This document shows, in pieces, positions 15,842 through 23,922 of a DNA stretch of 64,000 nucleotides. The notes under the pieces are model-generated. The model did no database searches and was not told the DNA's origin. It saw only the letters and a program-made list of their open reading frames with translations. The stretch comes from Candidatus Rokuibacteriota bacterium (GTDB lineage: Bacteria; Methylomirabilota; Methylomirabilia; Rokubacteriales; CSP1-6), in assembly GCA_003220475.1 (NCBI GenBank), contig QHSO01000015.1:12479-76478 (forward strand), read 5' to 3'. Every line of letters starts with the position of its first letter. Position 1 is the stretch's first letter. A program made the position numbers and the translations under genes.

Positions 15842-16596
15842 GAGTAGTACATGCGGAAGACGCGAATGGGGCCCACGCGCGTGTCGTACACGCGGCTGGC
15901 GATGAAGCGCTCCTGATGGGCATCGAACACAACCGCGCCGGGCGCGGCCGGATCGTTCGGGTCCCACACGGTCAGCTCGACGCCGTCGCCGGCCGCGCGA
16001 TAGCCATAGGCAACCACCGTGTGGTTCAGCTCCGGCTTCGGCCAGTTGGTGACGAGCAGCTGCACGAGGCGACCGGCCGCCAGCTCGTCGAGCACTTCGT
16101 CGAGGATCTCCGCCTGGTGGCCATCGGGCACCGGCATGGTGGTGCGCCAGTTCGTCCAGTGCACGAGCGTCCAGAAGCGCGCGTTGAGTCCCGCCTTCAC
16201 CGCGGCTTCCTCCGCCGCCGAGAACGCGCGCAGGTTCGCGAAGCCGGGGATGACGACACGCTCGGCCGGCGGCAGCGGCGGTTGCCAGGGCGCGTGCGCG
16301 GCGACCGCGCGCACGCGACGCATGTACTCGTCCGCATCGACCCGCGGCGCCGACGCGTCGAAGCGCGCGAACTGGTGGAACTGCCGAAGTCCGCGACCGA
16401 GCACGAAGCAGTAGTTGGCGTAGAGGTGCTCCGCGTGCGGATCGTGGGCGCGGACCATGTTGGGAAACGCGAAGGTGTCGTCGGCGAAGCTGAAGCCGGG
16501 GACGCTCGCCGCCGCGGGCCGCGCCTGCCGCCGGACCGGCGCGTGAGCGCATGCCGCGGTGAGCAGGGCCAGCGCGACCACCGCGATCTGGCTCAT
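15829..16596 (-). CDS. lipoprotein with a putative papain/C39-like cysteine peptidase fold
   Basis: The signal peptide carries the lipobox LLTAAC. YANYCFVLGRG is the candidate Cys nucleophile. NHTVVAYGYRAAGDGVELTVWDPNDP is the candidate His, followed by a pattern seen in C39-like domains. The fold call rests on motifs only. Confidence 0.6.
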   Translation of the reverse strand: MSQIAVVALALLTAACAHAPVRRQARPAAASVPGFSFADDTFAFPNMVRAHDPHAEHLYANYCFVLGRGLRQFHQFARFDASAPRVDADEYMRRVRAVAAHAPWQPPLPPAERVVIPGFANLRAFSAAEEAAVKAGLNARFWTLVHWTNWRTTMPVPDGHQAEILDEVLDELAAGRLVQLLVTNWPKPELNHTVVAYGYRAAGDGVELTVWDPNDPAAPGAVVFDAHQERFIASRVYDTRVGPIRVFRMYYSWLL

Positions 16597-16675
16597 GGCT
16601 TCTCACCCTAATTGTCGCCCCCCCACCGCGTCAAGAACCCTGCGGGTCGTGTGCTATCCTCCCGTCCGGTCCCGC

Positions 16676-17662
16676 ATGACGCGCGCGCTGTCCTTGCTCT
16701 ACCGTCTGGTCTACGAAGGCGTCCTGAGCCGACTTCCGGAGCCGACGGCCGTGGCGCTGGGCCAGCAGGCGCTGCGCGTGCTGCCCCTGGACCGCCTGCC
16801 CGTCTTCCGTCGTGAGGATCCGCGCCTGGCCGTGAGCCTCGGCGGCGTGCGCCTGCCCAATCCGCTGATCCTCGCCGCGATGTACTACGACACGCGCATC
16901 CTCTCGCGCGCGATGGGCCTGGGGTTCGGCGCCGTCACCGCGAAGTCGATCACGACCGAGCCGCGGCCCGGCCAACCGCAGCCGAACCTCGTCCGCCGCA
17001 CGAGCCCCGCCGGCCCCGGCCTGGTCAACTGCAACGGCTTCGCGAATCCGGGCCTCGTTCGCTTCCGCGAGGCCGTCGCCGGGCTGCCGCACCGCGTGCC
17101 GCTGATCGTCAGCGTGGCCGGCGAATCGGCCGAGGACTACGTGACGCTGGTACGCGGTCTCGCGCCCCACGGCGATCTCGTCGAGTTCAACGTCTCCTCG
17201 CCCAACACCAAATTGGTCTACGGCTGGTCGACGCGGCCGCGCGAGCTGCGCGCGATGCTCGAGGCGGTGCGCGCGGCCACCGACAAGCCGCTGATCGTGA
17301 AGCTCTCGCCCGACTTCGCCGAGACCAACGAGCGCGACATCATTCCCGCGGCGCTGGAGGCCGGCATCCGCGTCGTGAATTACGGCAATGCGCGCCGCAT
17401 TGTCGAGCCGCGGCTGTCGCAGGGGGCGGGCGGGCTTTCGGGCCCCGAAATTTTTCCGGCGACGCTCGAGCACCTGCGCGCGACGCGCAAAATCTTCGGC
17501 GATTCGCTCGACATCATCGCCACCGGCGGCGTGGACACGCCGGACAAAGCGCTCGCGCTGCTCGATGCCGGCGCGACGGCCATCGGCTACTTCACCGGAT
17601 TCATCACGCGCGGGCCGATGCTGGCGCGCCGCACCCTCGACGCGCTCGTCGGGCGGCTCTGA
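16676..17662 (+). CDS. dihydroorotate dehydrogenase-like flavoprotein (PyrD family)
   Basis: 328 aa. The motifs are VNCNGFANPG, EFNVSSPNT (catalytic Ser region), LIVKLSPDF and IIATGGV. I chose the ATG at 16676. Confidence 0.8.
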   Translation: MTRALSLLYRLVYEGVLSRLPEPTAVALGQQALRVLPLDRLPVFRREDPRLAVSLGGVRLPNPLILAAMYYDTRILSRAMGLGFGAVTAKSITTEPRPGQPQPNLVRRTSPAGPGLVNCNGFANPGLVRFREAVAGLPHRVPLIVSVAGESAEDYVTLVRGLAPHGDLVEFNVSSPNTKLVYGWSTRPRELRAMLEAVRAATDKPLIVKLSPDFAETNERDIIPAALEAGIRVVNYGNARRIVEPRLSQGAGGLSGPEIFPATLEHLRATRKIFGDSLDIIATGGVDTPDKALALLDAGATAIGYFTGFITRGPMLARRTLDALVGRL

Positions 17663-17674
17663 ATTGCGCACAGC

Positions 17675-17701
17675 TTATCCACATGTCCACAGATATCCAC
17701 A
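17675..17701 (+). promoter_or_regulatory. three tandem same-orientation DnaA-box-like 9-mers
   Basis: The 9-mers are TTATCCACA (17675-17683, perfect consensus), ATGTCCACA (17683-17691) and ATATCCACA (17693-17701). They lie immediately after the pyrD-like stop, in the only AT-richer intergenic island of the window. Confidence 0.5.
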
Positions 17702-17865
17702 GGCGTCGAAATCGCACCAACTGATGCGGCCTCGCGCCGGCGTGGTCAAAAAACACCGCGTGATTCGTCCACGGATACGCACACGAGAAATATTTTGCCC
17801 ATGATCACGGGCGAGAATGCGTGCGCGTCGTGTGAAACGCGCCTCTGATGCGGTGAACTGGAGTC

Positions 17866-17895
17866 TTGACACTGAAATAACGCCGCTCGTATGGT
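17866..17895 (+). promoter_or_regulatory. sigma70-like promoter candidate
   Basis: TTGACA (17866-17871), an 18-nt spacer, then TATGGT (17890-17895), about 80 nt upstream of the ATG at 17978. Confidence 0.35.
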
Positions 17896-17977
17896 GAGCG
17901 CCGTGCTCAACCCCCCGCCCATCATCGTCGCACCACGGTCGAGTTCGACCGGCACCCGCTGAGAGGACGACGGAGCC

Positions 17978-18217
17978 ATGGAGGGTCGCAAGCCGCTGGC
18001 CAAGGTCGAAGGGCGCCGTCGCCTGCGAATGAGCGGCGTCACCGTCGCGTTTCGCGGCACTCCCAACCTCGACGATTGGGTGGCCTACATCGCCAATGGA
18101 ACGAAATCGCGCAAGACGATCCTCGCCGATCATGCCTCCGAGCGGAAAGTGAAGACTCTGATGACGCGGCTGCAGACGATGTCGAAGAAGGAGATCGAGA
18201 AGCTCGCGAAGGGCTGA
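17978..18217 (+). CDS. small hypothetical protein (79 aa)
   Basis: An ATG is preceded by GGAG. GC3 is mostly high even though the surrounding DNA is lower in GC. The C-terminus is lysine-rich (KKEIEKLAKG). No family is recognised. Confidence 0.45.
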   Translation: MEGRKPLAKVEGRRRLRMSGVTVAFRGTPNLDDWVAYIANGTKSRKTILADHASERKVKTLMTRLQTMSKKEIEKLAKG

Positions 18218-18221
18218 CTGT

Positions 18222-18674
18222 TCAGAGACTGAGCGGTCGCGAGTTGGCCACGGTTTCCGGCGTGTCGCGCCAGGTGGACGGATCGGCGTCCACGAACAGC
18301 TCCACCATATTGCCGTCCGGATCGTCGACGTAGATCGACTGGCTCACCACGTGGTCGCGCACCCGCAGCTTCGTGATTCCATGCGCCTCGAGGTGCGCGC
18401 GGGCGGCGCGCAGCTCATCCAGCGTCGTGCCGATGCGCAGCGCGACGTGATAGAGGCCCGTCGCCTCCGCCGGCGGCGCCGGCGCGTCGGCGCCCATTTC
18501 CATCACCGCGATGTCGTGGTGGTTGTCGCCGGTGGAGAAGAAGGCCATCGGCCGGCCGAACTCGCCGCGCGCGACCTCCTTGAGCCCGAGCACGTCACGA
18601 TAGAAGCGCGCCGAGCGCTCGATGTCGCGCACCTTGAGCACCACGTGGCCGACGTTCAGGACGCGGATCGGCAT
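18222..18674 (-). CDS. VOC (glyoxalase/bleomycin resistance/dioxygenase) family protein
   Basis: 150 aa. The motifs are VGHVVLKVRDIERSARFYRDVLGL, HHD, YHVAL and DPDGNMVELF. Confidence 0.85.
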   Translation of the reverse strand: MPIRVLNVGHVVLKVRDIERSARFYRDVLGLKEVARGEFGRPMAFFSTGDNHHDIAVMEMGADAPAPPAEATGLYHVALRIGTTLDELRAARAHLEAHGITKLRVRDHVVSQSIYVDDPDGNMVELFVDADPSTWRDTPETVANSRPLSL

Positions 18675-18678
18675 CGAG

Positions 18679-19398
18679 CTAGATGATACCGCGCTCGGCC
18701 AGGCTCGTGTAGCGCCCGCGGCCGACGATCACGTGGTCGTGCACGCGCAGGTCGAGCAGCTGCGCGCATTCCACGAGCTGCCGCGTGAGGCGGACGTCCT
18801 CGCGGCTCGGCGTGGGATCGCCGCTCGGATGGTTGTGGAGCAGGATGACCGAGGCGGCGGACTCGAGGATTGCCGGCTTGAAGACCTCGCGCGGGTGCAC
18901 GAGGCTGGCCGACAGCGTGCCCTCCGAGACGATCAGATCGCGCAGCAGCCCATTCTGTGCGTCCAGGAGCGCGACGCGGAACACCTCGCGGCTCAGGTCT
19001 TCCATCAATGGCCCGAAGGCCGCGTAGACGTCGCCGGGACTCGACAGCGCCATGCGCGCGCCGGGCGTGCGGGCACGCAGCCGACGCGTGAGCTCGAAGG
19101 CGGCCGCGAGCCGCGCGGCCTTGGCGCGGCCCACGCCCGGGCGCCGCGCGAGCTCGTTCACCTCGCGTCCCGCCAGACCGGCGAGCGAGCCGTAGGCCGC
19201 CAGCATCTCGCGCGCGACTTCGACGGCGTCCTTGCCGCGTGTGCCGGAGCCGAGCTGCAGCGCGAGCAGCTCCGCATCCGCCAGCGCCGTCGGACCATTG
19301 AAATAGAGACGCTCACGCGGTCGGTCGGTCTCGGGCCAGTCGTTGAGGGGCATGCCTTCGAGGTACGCCGGGCGGACCGTCGTCGTCAATGCCGACAA
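18679..19398 (-). CDS. radC: RadC-family JAB/MPN domain protein
   Basis: The protein has ETDRPRERL, the HhH region LAAAFEL, and the JAMM motif LLHNHPSGDPTPSREDV. The start may instead be the internal MPLNDW. Confidence 0.85.
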   Translation of the reverse strand: MSALTTTVRPAYLEGMPLNDWPETDRPRERLYFNGPTALADAELLALQLGSGTRGKDAVEVAREMLAAYGSLAGLAGREVNELARRPGVGRAKAARLAAAFELTRRLRARTPGARMALSSPGDVYAAFGPLMEDLSREVFRVALLDAQNGLLRDLIVSEGTLSASLVHPREVFKPAILESAASVILLHNHPSGDPTPSREDVRLTRQLVECAQLLDLRVHDHVIVGRGRYTSLAERGII

Positions 19399-19446
19399 TG
19401 CGTGGCGTCTCGGATCAGATAGCGAGCACGCACAGCCGCGCGCGGC

Positions 19447-19875
19447 TTACGCCGGCGTGGGCCGCTCGACGACGATCGTGCGTGGCTCGTCGCCGACGCC
19501 GGCGATCCGCACGCGCACCGCGCGGGCCGGCAGCAGCGGCTCGACCCGCTCCGCCCACTCGATGACCGTGATGCCGTCGCCGTCCATCATTTCCTCGATC
19601 CCGAGGTCCATCAGCTCGGCGAGGCTCGTCGTTCGATAGGCGTCGACGTGGTGCACGGGCACCCGACCGCGATACTCGTTGACCAGCACGAAGGTCGGGC
19701 TCGTGGCGGCGGTGCCGACGCCGAGGGCGCGCGCCAGCCCCTGCACGAAGACCGTCTTGCCGGCGCCGAGCTCACCGGTCAACGCGACGACGTCGCCGGA
19801 CTTCAGTGTGGCGCCCAGGCGCGCACCCGCGGCCTCCGTCTCCTCGGGCGAGGTCGTCGTGAGCTCAGCGCCCAT
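19447..19875 (-). CDS. tsaE: tRNA t6A biosynthesis ATPase TsaE
   Basis: 142 aa. The motifs are GELGAGKTVFVQGLARALG, TSPTFVLVNEY and HVDAYR. Confidence 0.9.
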   Translation of the reverse strand: MGAELTTTSPEETEAAGARLGATLKSGDVVALTGELGAGKTVFVQGLARALGVGTAATSPTFVLVNEYRGRVPVHHVDAYRTTSLAELMDLGIEEMMDGDGITVIEWAERVEPLLPARAVRVRIAGVGDEPRTIVVERPTPA

Positions 19876-21424
19876 CGGCGAGCCGGCGGAACGCCTCGCC
19901 CAGCGCGTCGATGATGTCGCCGGCGATGAGCGCCTCTTCGCCCACGCGCTCGGCGGCGATGTCCCCGGCGAGGCCGTGCAGATAGACGCCGGCCGGCGCC
20001 GCCTGCGCCACGTCGATGCCGCGCGCGAGCAGCGCGCCGAGGATCCCGGTCAGCACGTCGCCCGTTCCGCCGCTCGCCATGCCGGCGTTACCCGTCGGAT
20101 TGATCAGGACGCGACCGTCCGGGGCGGCGATCAGCGTTCGCGCGCCCTTGAGGACGAGATGCACGCCATGGGTCGTCGCGAATGCGCGGGCGGCGCCGAC
20201 GCGGTCCGCTTGAACGTCGGCGACGGCGCCGCCGAGCAGGCGCGCCATCTCGCCGGGATGCGGCGTGAGCACGCGCGCGGCGTGTGCGCCACGCAGCACG
20301 TCGAGGTGATCGGCCAGCGCGGTGAGCGCGTCGGCGTCGACCACCATCGGCCGCGGCAGCGTGGAGACGAGCACACGCGCGAGCGCGCGCGTCTCGTCGT
20401 CCAGGCCGAGGCCGGGACCGATCGCGAGGGCGGCACGCGCCTCGGCCAGCCCCACGATGGGCTCGCGCGCTTTCATCGCAAGGCTCCGCGCGGGCGTCTC
20501 CGGCAGCGGCTCGGTCATCGCCTCGAGCGACAGCGCGGCGACCGTCGGCTGGGCACTGGCGGCGGTGCCGACGGTCACGAGACCGACGCCGCTGCGCAGC
20601 GCGGCCCGCGCACAGAGCGCGGCCGCGCCCGTCTTGCCGACCGAGCCGGCGAGCACGAGCAGGTGCCCGTAGGTCCCCTTGTGGACGGCGCGCGGCCGCC
20701 GCGGGAAGAGCGGCGCCACGTCCGAGGCCTCGAGCAGAAACGTCTGCGCGTCGCGTGCGACCTCGGCCTCGGGCACACCGATCGGCACGACGACGACGCG
20801 GCCGGCGAGGTCGGCGCCGTCGCCGACGACGAGGCCAAGCTTCGGCGCGGCGAACGTCGGCGTGAGCCAGGCGCGCACGACGGGCCCTTCCGCCCGGCCG
20901 CCGTCGGCGGGCAGGCCCGACGGCACGTCGAGGGCGACCACGGGCCGTCCGCTGGCATTGATCGCGTCGATCAGCGCCGCGACCAGCGGTGTGGGTGCGC
21001 CGCGCACGCCGGTGCCGAGCAGCGCATCGACGATCACATCCGCGCGGCCGAGCGCCGCCGAGACCTTGGCGGCGTCGTCGACGACGCGCGCGGCAACACC
21101 GGTCCGACGCATTTCGGCGAACTTGACGGCGGCATCACCGTGCAGCCGGTCCGGCGGGACGACGAGCAGCACGTCGGGCCGCGCGCCCGCGCGCTTGAGA
21201 CGCCGCGCGACGACGAAGCCGTCGCCGCCGTTGCCGCCGCCGCCGCACGCGAGCGTCACTCTGAGATCGCGCGGCCGCAGGCCGCGCTCCGGCAGCGCGG
21301 CGAGCAGCGCGTCGGCCGCGCCACGGCCGGCGTTCTCCATGAGGGTGGGACCGGGGATGCCGAGCTCGGCGATCGCCCGCGCGTCCACGCGGCGCATCGC
21401 CTCCGCGGTGAGGACCGGTCGCAT
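19865..21424 (-). CDS. nnr: bifunctional NAD(P)H-hydrate epimerase/dehydratase
   Basis: 519 aa. The N-terminal YjeF_N domain reads LMENAG...GGGNGGDGFV. The C-terminal carbohydrate-kinase domain reads HKGTYGHLLVLAGS...GGTGDVLTG. Confidence 0.9.
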   Translation of the reverse strand: MRPVLTAEAMRRVDARAIAELGIPGPTLMENAGRGAADALLAALPERGLRPRDLRVTLACGGGGNGGDGFVVARRLKRAGARPDVLLVVPPDRLHGDAAVKFAEMRRTGVAARVVDDAAKVSAALGRADVIVDALLGTGVRGAPTPLVAALIDAINASGRPVVALDVPSGLPADGGRAEGPVVRAWLTPTFAAPKLGLVVGDGADLAGRVVVVPIGVPEAEVARDAQTFLLEASDVAPLFPRRPRAVHKGTYGHLLVLAGSVGKTGAAALCARAALRSGVGLVTVGTAASAQPTVAALSLEAMTEPLPETPARSLAMKAREPIVGLAEARAALAIGPGLGLDDETRALARVLVSTLPRPMVVDADALTALADHLDVLRGAHAARVLTPHPGEMARLLGGAVADVQADRVGAARAFATTHGVHLVLKGARTLIAAPDGRVLINPTGNAGMASGGTGDVLTGILGALLARGIDVAQAAPAGVYLHGLAGDIAAERVGEEALIAGDIIDALGEAFRRLADGR

Positions 21425-22200
21425 CAGCGGCCCCGCGGCAGCGTGATCGCCTGTGCGACGAAGTCGGCGACGATCGCCGTGTAGAGCTCGCGGAACTCCA
21501 CGCGTGCCGCCTTCGGCAGCTCGATGTGCACCGCGCGCTCGGGGAGCTTCAGGATGCCGTCGCGCTTGGCGCCGGATGCCGCGTAGAAGATCGCGTCGGC
21601 GGGCTCGACGAGGACGTCGAGTCGGGGCGCGCCGGCGTGGCCGGCCAGGTGGGCGTCGCGGATGAGCTCGCAGAGCGTGCGCAGTCGCTGCGCGTATTCG
21701 CGATCGATGCCGACGGTCGCGATCTCGATCCGGCCGGCGGACTCACGCCGGTTGTTGCCGTGGATCTCGGCGTAGAAGTGCAACGGCCCTTGCGCGGTCG
21801 CGCGCACGTGTCGCTCGAAGTTTTCGTACACGAGCCGCGCGCCCTCGCTGACGGCGTCGTCCGACGACGGCCGGCCTGGGACGCCTTCGAACGGACGATT
21901 GACCTGGTACCGGCGGCCGGGCGCCTCGCGCGTGTCCGCTTCGAGGTTGAAGCCCGTGGCGACGACGAGGCCGAAACCCGTGCGCCGCGCGACCTCGGCG
22001 GCAATCTCACCGGTCTGCGCGTCGGAGGTGCCGTGCGGTGCCGCCACGACGAGGCCGGGGCGCCCGGGCTTGGCGGCGATGTGGCCGCGGGGCGTCTGCG
22101 GCGGGAACTCGACGGTATGGGTCGCGCAGCCGAAGAGAACGAGCGCGCCCGCGGCCACGCTAGCGCGTCGCCGGAGCGCGGTGCGGATCATCATCGACAA
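21424..22200 (-). CDS. hypothetical lipoprotein
   Basis: The signal peptide carries the lipobox LVLFGC. The VVAAPHGTSDAQTGEIAAEVA segment faintly resembles the DUF867/PghP-type metal site. This is unverified. Confidence 0.6.
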   Translation of the reverse strand: MSMMIRTALRRRASVAAGALVLFGCATHTVEFPPQTPRGHIAAKPGRPGLVVAAPHGTSDAQTGEIAAEVARRTGFGLVVATGFNLEADTREAPGRRYQVNRPFEGVPGRPSSDDAVSEGARLVYENFERHVRATAQGPLHFYAEIHGNNRRESAGRIEIATVGIDREYAQRLRTLCELIRDAHLAGHAGAPRLDVLVEPADAIFYAASGAKRDGILKLPERAVHIELPKAARVEFRELYTAIVADFVAQAITLPRGR

Positions 22201-22570
22201 GCATCGCCTGCGCGAGCGCGTAATCGCCGTCGTGGGTCAGGGCCAGCAGCATGTGCCGGCCGCCACGCGCGAGCCCCAGCTCACGCGCGCGACCGTGCAT
22301 CACGAGCCGCGGCGCCTGACCGCGCTCGCGGCAGACCTCCAGGTCACGCCAGCGCACACCGAGGCTCAGTCCGGTGCCGAGCGCCTTCGTGGCCGCTTCC
22401 TTGGCGGCGAACCGAGCGGCGAAATGCGGCACGGGATCGCGCCGGGCGCGGCAGTAGGCGATCTCGCCCTCGGTGAAGACGCGGCGCAGGAAGCGCTCGT
22501 CCCAGCGCGCGATCACGTCGCGCATGCGGGGGATCTGCACGAGATCGATGCCGATGGCCCGGACGTTCAC
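22160..22570 (-). CDS. acpS: holo-ACP synthase
   Basis: 136 aa. The motifs are IGIDLV, FAARFAAKEAATKALG and LTHDGDYALA. Confidence 0.9.
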   Translation of the reverse strand: MNVRAIGIDLVQIPRMRDVIARWDERFLRRVFTEGEIAYCRARRDPVPHFAARFAAKEAATKALGTGLSLGVRWRDLEVCRERGQAPRLVMHGRARELGLARGGRHMLLALTHDGDYALAQAMLVDDDPHRAPATR

Positions 22571-23922
22571 GCGCCGATCTGACTGCGGATCACGCCGGCG
22601 AGCTCGTCGGCCATGGCCTGGATGCGCGCGGCGTCGGCCCCCTCGATCATGACGCGCGCCAGCGCCTCGGTGCCCGAGTAGCGGATGAGCACACGGCCGA
22701 TGCCGTTCATCTCCGACTCGAACACGCCGACGCGCGCGCCGAGGCCGTCGATGGACTCGATCGGCGGCTTGGAGCGCACGGGGACGTTGACGAGCACCTG
22801 GGGAAACTTCCGCATGCAGGTGGCGAGCGATGCCAGCGGCTCGCCGGCCTCACGCACTACGGACAGCAGCGCGAGGGCCGAGAGGATGCCGTCGCCGGTG
22901 GGCATGTAATCCGGGAACAGCAGGTGTCCCGACTGCTCGCCACCGAGGTTGGCGCCGCTCTTCAGCATCTCCTCGTGGACGTAGCGGTCACCCACCTGCG
23001 TTTTCACCACGCGAATGCCCGCCGCTTTGAGCGATTCGTCGAGGCCGAGGTTGGCCATCACCGTGGTGACCACGAGATTGCCCTTGAGCCGGCGCTGCTG
23101 CGCCATGTGACGCCCGGCGATGGCGAGTGCGTAGTCGCCGTCTCGGATCTCGCCGATGTGATCCACCGAGATGAGGCGATCACCGTCGCCGTCGAAGGCG
23201 AACCCGACGTCGGCGCGGACGGCGCGCAGGCGCTTCTGCAAGCCCTCCGGGTGCAACGCCCCGCAGCCGGCATTGATGTTGGTCCCGTCGGGCTGGACCG
23301 AGATCGCGACGACGCGCGCGCCGAGCCGGCGGAAGACGCTCGGCGCCACGCGGAACGTCGCGCCGTGGGCGCAGTCGATCGCCACCGTGAGGCCCGCGAG
23401 ATCGAGCGGAAAGCACCGCGTGAGGAAGTCGACGTAGTACTTCTCGGCGCGGTCATAGTGGATGAGCCGACCGATGTCGGCGCTCCGCGCGCGCGGCGCC
23501 GTGTCGGCGGCGGCCACGCGCGCCTCGATCTGCGCCTCCCACGCGTCGGGGAACTTCGTGCCCTCGGAGGAGAAGAGCTTGATGCCGTTGTCCTCGAACG
23601 GATTGTGGGAGGCCGAGAGCACGATGCCGCCTTGTGCGTCCAGGGCGCGCGTCATCAGCGCGATGCCCGGAGTCGGCAGCACGCCGACCGTGTAGCAGTC
23701 GGCCCCTGCCGACAGCAATCCGGCCACCATGGCCGCTTCGAGCAGCGGCCCCGAGCGCCGCGTGTCGCGGCCGATGACGAGCCGGATCCGCCCGTCGTGA
23801 TTCTGCTGGCCCAGCAGCGTGGCGACGAGCTCGCGACCGACGCGATACGCGAGATCCGGCGTGAGCGGCGGCTCGTTGGCGACGCCGCGGATGCCGTCGG
23901 TGCCGAACAGACGCTGGCTCAA
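22567..23922 (-). CDS. glmM: phosphoglucosamine mutase
   Basis: 451 aa. The motifs are LFGTDGIRG, SASHNPFEDNGIK (phosphoserine loop), DGDGDR and GGEQSGH. The TTG start forms a TTGA overlap with the cdaR stop. Confidence 0.95.
   Translation of the reverse strand: MSQRLFGTDGIRGVANEPPLTPDLAYRVGRELVATLLGQQNHDGRIRLVIGRDTRRSGPLLEAAMVAGLLSAGADCYTVGVLPTPGIALMTRALDAQGGIVLSASHNPFEDNGIKLFSSEGTKFPDAWEAQIEARVAAADTAPRARSADIGRLIHYDRAEKYYVDFLTRCFPLDLAGLTVAIDCAHGATFRVAPSVFRRLGARVVAISVQPDGTNINAGCGALHPEGLQKRLRAVRADVGFAFDGDGDRLISVDHIGEIRDGDYALAIAGRHMAQQRRLKGNLVVTTVMANLGLDESLKAAGIRVVKTQVGDRYVHEEMLKSGANLGGEQSGHLLFPDYMPTGDGILSALALLSVVREAGEPLASLATCMRKFPQVLVNVPVRSKPPIESIDGLGARVGVFESEMNGIGRVLIRYSGTEALARVMIEGADAARIQAMADELAGVIRSQIGA

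Noticed and set aside
17675-17701. The DnaA-box trio as the chromosomal replication origin
   Set aside because: - There are only three good boxes and no convincing AT-rich unwinding element.
- No dnaA or dnaN is nearby.
- The ~26 kb to the right is transcribed towards the site rather than away from it.

I keep it as a regulatory or titration-site candidate only.
17675-18133. A 152-aa minus-strand ORF across the AT-richer island
   Set aside because: It has no RBS, poor codon bias and no motifs. It overlaps the better-supported plus-strand 79-aa ORF and the promoter.
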